64,000 nt of DNA from Nannocystales bacterium (lineage in GTDB: Bacteria; Myxococcota_A; Polyangia; Nannocystales; Nannocystaceae). The number at the start of each line of letters is the position of its first letter. Position 1 is the stretch's first letter. This document shows positions 58,880-64,000 of this stretch, in pieces. The notes beneath the pieces were generated by a model, which was given only the letters and a program-made list of their open reading frames with translations, was not told the origin of the DNA and made no database searches. The stretch is taken from assembly GCA_050633305.1 (NCBI GenBank), contig JBOEGF010000018.1, forward strand, positions 416,001 to 480,000, given 5' to 3'. Position numbers and translations under genes: made by a program.

Positions 58880-59597
58880 AACGAAGTTGGTCCAAGTCAC
58901 CGACCTGAAGATCGAGCGGGCCGGATTCGGGCTGCATGTCCCACAGTGGAGCATCGAGCCGGGGTCCGTCGTCGGCGTCGTCGGTCCCAACGGGGCGGGG
59001 AAGACGACATTGTTGGATTGCTTGGCCGGGATTGTCCGCCCCACCTCGGGACAGGTGCGTGTCCTCGGACACGACCCATCGCTCGACCCGGTGTTTGTTC
59101 GGTCGCGGACCGGGTTCATGAGCGATGACCGTCCGCTGTTCGACCTTCGGGTCGACAAGCTCCTACGGGTGCTGTCGGGCTACTACACGACCTGGGATGA
59201 CGACCTCGTCGCGCACCTCGTACAGCGCTTCGGGCTCGACCTGCGCGCGCACGTTCGGGAGCTGTCCAAGGGGCAGGGGACCTGTTTGCGTGTCATCGCG
59301 GCGCTGGCGTTTCGGCCCACGGTCGTGGTTCTTGATGAGCCTGGTACGGGCTTGGATTTGGGTGCTCGGCAGGCGTTGCTCCGCAGCGTCATCGAGGTTG
59401 CGCGCGACCCGGTGCGGTCTGTGGTGGTCAGCTCTCACCAGCTCACCGACCTGGAGCGCATCGCCGATGCGTTGTTGGTGTTGCGGGCGGGGAAGGTCGT
59501 CGCGCAGGGACCGACGGATAGTGTCATCCCGGAGGGAAAGTCGTTGTCCGAGGCGTTGGTTCACATGCGCGCCAGCGGATCGGAGGTGTCCGCGTGA
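58872..59597 (+). CDS. ABC transporter ATP-binding protein (YtrB-like)
   Basis: GPNGAGKTT, LSKGQ, LDEP, SSH. Confidence 0.92.
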   Translation: MTETKLVQVTDLKIERAGFGLHVPQWSIEPGSVVGVVGPNGAGKTTLLDCLAGIVRPTSGQVRVLGHDPSLDPVFVRSRTGFMSDDRPLFDLRVDKLLRVLSGYYTTWDDDLVAHLVQRFGLDLRAHVRELSKGQGTCLRVIAALAFRPTVVVLDEPGTGLDLGARQALLRSVIEVARDPVRSVVVSSHQLTDLERIADALLVLRAGKVVAQGPTDSVIPEGKSLSEALVHMRASGSEVSA

Positions 59598-60979
59598 GCA
59601 CAGCTGCGCACCACGTTCGTGTCTTGCTCCGCCTGCTGTGCACGACCCGAGGCGGTCTGGTCAGCATGCTCGTGTTGACCAACTGCGTTCCGATGGTCGC
59701 GATGTCGATGTTCGTCGCGGGCGGGGAGCGTCGCTTTGCACATGGGTACACGCTCGAAACGTTCGTATTCAGCCTGCTGTTCGCGCCGGTGGCACGCTGG
59801 GCACTGGGCTATGCGCTGGGGCGCCACAGCGGGCGAACGACCGCGGCGGTCCTTCCTTTGAGTCCGAGGGGCCGCGCTGTCGCCGAGACCGCGGCGGTCG
59901 TCCTCGCGCTGTGGATCCCCGCCGCGGTGGTGACCGGGCTCGCCGCGGTGGCCGCTGGAATGACCATGGGGTCCGAGCTGCGTGAAGTTGTCGTTTCGCT
60001 TGCCACCTTGTGTGGGGCGATGAGCGCTTTGGCGCTCCCTCATCTCATCCTTGCGAGCTTGGACCGCGAGGCAGGGTATCGGCACCGAATGTGGATCCGG
60101 TGGCTGGCGGCGCCGAGTCTCATCGCCGTGGGGCTTGCGTTCCCGCCGGCGCGGTCGCTGGCGGGCTACGTTGTTGTCGGCCTGGGTGCCGCCGCGCTTG
60201 TCACCGCGTGGGGGCCCGTGTCTTGGCTCGGTATCGCACGCCGCCGCGCCCCGTTGGCACCCGCGGTCGACCCGGGGGCGCGCACTCGCGAGGCGCCGAG
60301 TGATCCGGAGGCGGCGCTGTGGAGCGACTTCCGGCGAGGGCTGGGGATGGGGGCCACCCGAGGTGCTGCATGGGCCGTCGCGCTGGTGGGGCCGTTGGTC
60401 GTATTCCGCTGGTGGCGATACCCCGCCGTGGCCGTCGCGGTCGCGGTCGTGATTGCGGCCGCGGTCGCCGGAGGGTTCCCGCTCGGCCTGCGGGCTCGGG
60501 TGGTCGGGGGGCGCTGGGCCAACAACGGCGACTTCGGTCGAGCTTGGTCCGCGCTGCCCGTCTCGAAGCGTGCGCTCGACCGGGCCGTGTACCTGCACGT
60601 CGCGGGATGCTCGGTGTTGGTGCTGGTCGTCACAGCGGTTGCTTTAACCGTGGTGGTTACGGGATACCCGGCCGCGACGAGTGTCGCCACCACGGGGGCG
60701 CTGCTGGCTTTCGTGTTGGCCTTGGCCCTGGTCGGGATTCGCACCAACGCTGCGGTGGGATCGTCCTTCCTATGGCAGTTCAGCTGGCTGGCGAGCGCGT
60801 GCGCCGTGGCATGCGTCTGGTTGTCGCGTTTTGCCTTCGACGGCCCGCGGTACTCCATGGCCTCGACCGCCCTCGCCGGGCTTGCCGTTGCTGCTGCATT
60901 CGCCGTGGCCGTGTCGCCCGCGTTTGCGATGCGAGCACAACGGGGGATCGCCCCGCCTCGGACCGTTCCCGGCGCCTGA
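59594..60979 (+). CDS. ABC-2-type permease-like membrane protein (two fused halves)
   Basis: GTGA overlap, about 12 TMs, two LP.S motifs. Confidence 0.7.
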   Translation: MSTAAHHVRVLLRLLCTTRGGLVSMLVLTNCVPMVAMSMFVAGGERRFAHGYTLETFVFSLLFAPVARWALGYALGRHSGRTTAAVLPLSPRGRAVAETAAVVLALWIPAAVVTGLAAVAAGMTMGSELREVVVSLATLCGAMSALALPHLILASLDREAGYRHRMWIRWLAAPSLIAVGLAFPPARSLAGYVVVGLGAAALVTAWGPVSWLGIARRRAPLAPAVDPGARTREAPSDPEAALWSDFRRGLGMGATRGAAWAVALVGPLVVFRWWRYPAVAVAVAVVIAAAVAGGFPLGLRARVVGGRWANNGDFGRAWSALPVSKRALDRAVYLHVAGCSVLVLVVTAVALTVVVTGYPAATSVATTGALLAFVLALALVGIRTNAAVGSSFLWQFSWLASACAVACVWLSRFAFDGPRYSMASTALAGLAVAAAFAVAVSPAFAMRAQRGIAPPRTVPGA

Positions 60980-61130
60980 GTTCGCCGCCGTGAACCCACG
61001 CGTCGAGGAGGTCCACGGCGGCGTCTCCGAACAGGCGCGTGAGGAACCTGGGTCCCTGTCTTGCCCACGGCGAAAATCCTTCGCGATCCACTTCGCTGGG
61101 CTTCACCACGGGCTGCTAAGGTCTCCGGCC

Positions 61131-63665
61131 ATGGGTTTCGTCGACCTGTTTCGTCCAAAGTGGAAACACAGCAAGGCCGCGGTGCGCACCGAGGCCTTGC
61201 ACGGACTGGGAGCGGATGCGACGGACATCATCGTCGAGATCGCCCGTTCGGACGTCGACGACACCGTACGACGCGTGGCGATCGAGAAGCTCGTCGACCC
61301 CGAGGTGCTGTCCTCGATCGCCAAGGCCGACACCTCACCGGTGGGCGTGTTCGCAGGCACGCGCGCGGCCGCGCTGTGGGTGGATGCCGTGGCTTCCGCC
61401 CAGGATGCCGAACAAGCCGAGCCTGCGTTGTCGCGGCTTTCGGATCCCACACGCATCGTCGCCGCGCTCCATCGAGCGAAGGCGGCCTCCGTGCGCCGGG
61501 CCGCGCTCGCTCGTCTGAGTGACCCGAGGGTCCTCGTCGACGTTGTTCGAGATGCCGGCGACTCCGAGCTTCGCTTCGAAGCGCTGCGCAAGATCTCGGA
61601 CGTGTCCACCCTGCGGGGCCTCGCGGTCAGTGGCGACCCAAAGGAGGCCGCCCTTGCGGCGATCGAGCAGCTCGAGGACCTCGACGCGTTGGCCTCGGTC
61701 GCAAAGAAGGGCAAGAGCAAGGGCATCCGGAACCGCGCTAAGAAGCGGCTCGCGACGCTGGCCCCTGCGGTGGAACCGGTTCCCGCCTCCGAAGGCGCGG
61801 ACACGCGTCAGTGGTACGCCGAGCAGTCGCGATTGGTCGAAGCGGTCGAGCGCATCGTGGCCGACGGAGCTTTCGAGCGTGCCGAGCAGGTCGCTGCGGT
61901 CCGCGACACCTGGGCGCATCTTGCCGAGCCGGATGCGGCGCTCAGCGACCGTCTGAGCACGACGTTGGAGGCGTTCGACCGTGGGTACGCTGTCTATGCA
62001 GAGGCCGAGGCTGTTGCCCAGGCCGAGCGCGCCAAGAAGCAGGCGGAGGACGAGGCGCGCCGGGCGGCTGCGGAAGAGCGGGATGCTGCACGCAAGGCAC
62101 GGGAGGCAGAGCGAGCGGCGGCCGACGAGGCGCGCCGAGGCCGAGAGGCGGCCGCGCGGGCACAGGCCGAGTCCCGCCCAGCGCCGACCAAAGAGGGGCC
62201 GTCGACCCGGCGCGAGGCTGCGCCGGTCAAGCGTGCCCCCGAACCGTCCCCCGAGGAGCTCGCCGAGGAGGCGAAGGAGAACCAGGCTCGCCTCGAGGCG
62301 GCTTGCGACGAGCTCGAGAAAGCTCCGGAGACCACCACGTTGCGCGCGGGTGCGTCGCTGCTCAAGCACACGGCTGCGCTGTTCTCTCGGAGGCTCCGAC
62401 TTCCCAGCGAAGAGGTCCGCGAGACGTTGTCGGCCCGCTACGAGCCGGCGCGGCTGGCCCTCGTTGCACGGGTCGAGGAACTCGGCGAAGCCGCCGAGTG
62501 GCTCGAGTGGTCGAATCGGACCCGCCAAGAGTCGCTCGTCGAGCGGGCGCAGAAGCTGCAAGCCGTCATGGACACCCTCGAGCCAGCGGCCCTTGCGATG
62601 CAGGTCAAGGCTTTGCAGGACGACTGGAAGGCGATTCACAACGCGCCGAGTGCCAAGGCGCAGGCGTTGTGGCAGGCGTTCAAGACCGCCTGCGACGCGG
62701 TGTACACCAAGGTGAAGGGCGAGTACGCGGCGAACCTCGTGGTCAAGCATGAGCTGTGCGAGCGCGCCGAGTCGCTGCAAGACTCCTCCGATTGGACTGC
62801 CACTGCCGCTGCCCTCAAGGACCTTCAGGCCGAGTGGAAGGCGAGCGGACCCGTCGCGCGCTCGCAGGACCGCAAAGTCTGGGAGCGTTTCCGTGGCGCG
62901 TGTGATGTCTTCTTCGCCCGACGCAAAGAGGCCTTCGCAGGTGAGGCTGAGGAGATGGCGAAGAACGCCGAGCGCAAGCAGGTGTTGATCGACAAGGTCG
63001 AGGCCCTGCTTGAAGGCGTCGTCGACGAGGCCACCTGGAAGCGTGCAACCGACGAGACCAAGGCCGTGCAGAGAGCATGGCGCGACATCGGCCACGTGCC
63101 GCGCAAGGACGCCGATCGTTTCTACAAGAGCTTCAAGGCTGCCTGCGACGGAGTGTTTCGGAAGCTCGACACCATGGAAGCGCAGCGTCGCGCCGCCGAG
63201 GCACAGCGGGTCTCCGAGGCCCGGGACGAAGCGGCGGCCACCTTGGCATCCGACGAACTCACCGCCGAGACGCTCGTAGCGTTGTGGTCCACCGTACTGA
63301 AGCTTGGGGACGCGGCTCTCCTGTCCACGTGTCGTGAAGCCTGTGTTCGGGCGTTGGAGACCGACCCCGCCGCATTCGCGGGCACCGAACTCGACCCCGC
63401 GGGTGCCATGCGTCGTAAGGCCAAACTGTGCGAGCGTATCGAGGCCGTCGCCAGCCCCGACGCCGAGGCGCAGAGCCTTGCGCAGCAACTCGAGAGCGCG
63501 TTGGCGAGCAACGCCCTAGGGCTCCAGGATGACTCGCAAACGCCGGAGTCCGAGGTCGAACGGGCACGGACCGCTTGGGAGCGAATTGGCCCGACGCCGG
63601 GCGAGGACGGCACAGCGATGGACGCCCGTTTCGCCGCTGCGTGCTCGGTTGCTCTGGGGCAGTGA
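61131..63665 (+). CDS. DUF349 domain-containing protein
   Basis: FRPKWKH, HEAT-like N-terminus, repeats 'LQ..WK..G......LW..F..ACD..F'. Confidence 0.88.
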   Translation: MGFVDLFRPKWKHSKAAVRTEALHGLGADATDIIVEIARSDVDDTVRRVAIEKLVDPEVLSSIAKADTSPVGVFAGTRAAALWVDAVASAQDAEQAEPALSRLSDPTRIVAALHRAKAASVRRAALARLSDPRVLVDVVRDAGDSELRFEALRKISDVSTLRGLAVSGDPKEAALAAIEQLEDLDALASVAKKGKSKGIRNRAKKRLATLAPAVEPVPASEGADTRQWYAEQSRLVEAVERIVADGAFERAEQVAAVRDTWAHLAEPDAALSDRLSTTLEAFDRGYAVYAEAEAVAQAERAKKQAEDEARRAAAEERDAARKAREAERAAADEARRGREAAARAQAESRPAPTKEGPSTRREAAPVKRAPEPSPEELAEEAKENQARLEAACDELEKAPETTTLRAGASLLKHTAALFSRRLRLPSEEVRETLSARYEPARLALVARVEELGEAAEWLEWSNRTRQESLVERAQKLQAVMDTLEPAALAMQVKALQDDWKAIHNAPSAKAQALWQAFKTACDAVYTKVKGEYAANLVVKHELCERAESLQDSSDWTATAAALKDLQAEWKASGPVARSQDRKVWERFRGACDVFFARRKEAFAGEAEEMAKNAERKQVLIDKVEALLEGVVDEATWKRATDETKAVQRAWRDIGHVPRKDADRFYKSFKAACDGVFRKLDTMEAQRRAAEAQRVSEARDEAAATLASDELTAETLVALWSTVLKLGDAALLSTCREACVRALETDPAAFAGTELDPAGAMRRKAKLCERIEAVASPDAEAQSLAQQLESALASNALGLQDDSQTPESEVERARTAWERIGPTPGEDGTAMDARFAAACSVALGQ

Positions 63666-63685
63666 GTTCGAGGGGCGCGGACGCA

Positions 63686-64000
63686 TCAAGGAGCGGTGGA
63701 AAGCGCCCGTTCGAGGCGCTCCCGTTCGACCTCCAGCGCGACCAACCGCGGATGCGACGCGCCGAGTTCCCCGGACAACTGCTCACTAAGGGAGGCCAGG
63801 TGGGTGCGGCGGTGCTCAACCCAGCGTGCAAACAGCGCACAGCGGTCATGCCGAAGGAGAGGGCCGAGCACGACGTCGGCCTCGTCCCATGTCGCCGAAG
63901 TCGCCCGCGGGTCGAAGGCGAGGGTCAGGTACAGGCGGCCGGCATCCTCGGTGAGGGCTTCGGCATCGAGCGGAATACGGCGCTCGGCGAGAGCCTGCCG
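63686..64000 (-). CDS. Partial hypothetical protein (5' end outside window)
   Basis: The frame is open from 64000 (RQALAERRIPLDAE...) to the stop at 63686. Confidence 0.55.
   Translation of the reverse strand, partial: RQALAERRIPLDAEALTEDAGRLYLTLAFDPRATSATWDEADVVLGPLLRHDRCALFARWVEHRRTHLASLSEQLSGELGASHPRLVALEVERERLERALSTAP

Noticed and set aside
1..64000. Prophage, IS element, defence island or secondary-metabolite cluster
   Set aside because: No integrase, transposase, phage structural, restriction or PKS/NRPS motifs were recognised, and composition looks uniform by eye.

Overview
High-GC, gene-dense bacterial chromosome segment. It is most likely from a myxobacterium of the Nannocystaceae type, inferred from Cys-rich 'CGNG..E.CD' repeats, many lipoproteins with Ser/Thr/Gly linkers, a DUF2378-like protein and several ECF sigma factors. 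About 60 CDS are supported: archease and archaeal-type RtcB, SspB, a glutaryl-CoA-type acyl-CoA dehydrogenase, hisD-hisC, metK, two Hsp20, a MacAB-like ABC exporter, an orphan RND permease coupled to Hsp15, an ALDH/glutamine-synthetase-like/Fe-ADH cluster, a UbiB kinase, a PPase, a LysR regulator, a YtrA-type GntR-ABC operon and a DUF349 protein. No rRNA, tRNA, CRISPR array, transposase or prophage was seen. The most notable observations are: (1) an ECF sigma factor coupled to a membrane-anchored class C beta-lactamase/PBP-fold protein in which all three catalytic motifs are replaced, a candidate pseudoenzyme anti-sigma sensor; (2) a second ECF coupled to a polytopic membrane/pentapeptide-repeat protein lying between archease and rtcB; (3) a dispersed four-hairpin repeat with conserved stems and variable loops; (4) a recurring TAnnnT hexamer 6-11 nt before start codons, suggesting widespread leaderless mRNAs; (5) a TPR lipoprotein with two apparently dead aspartyl-protease domains. 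All family calls come from motif recognition by eye, not database searches.
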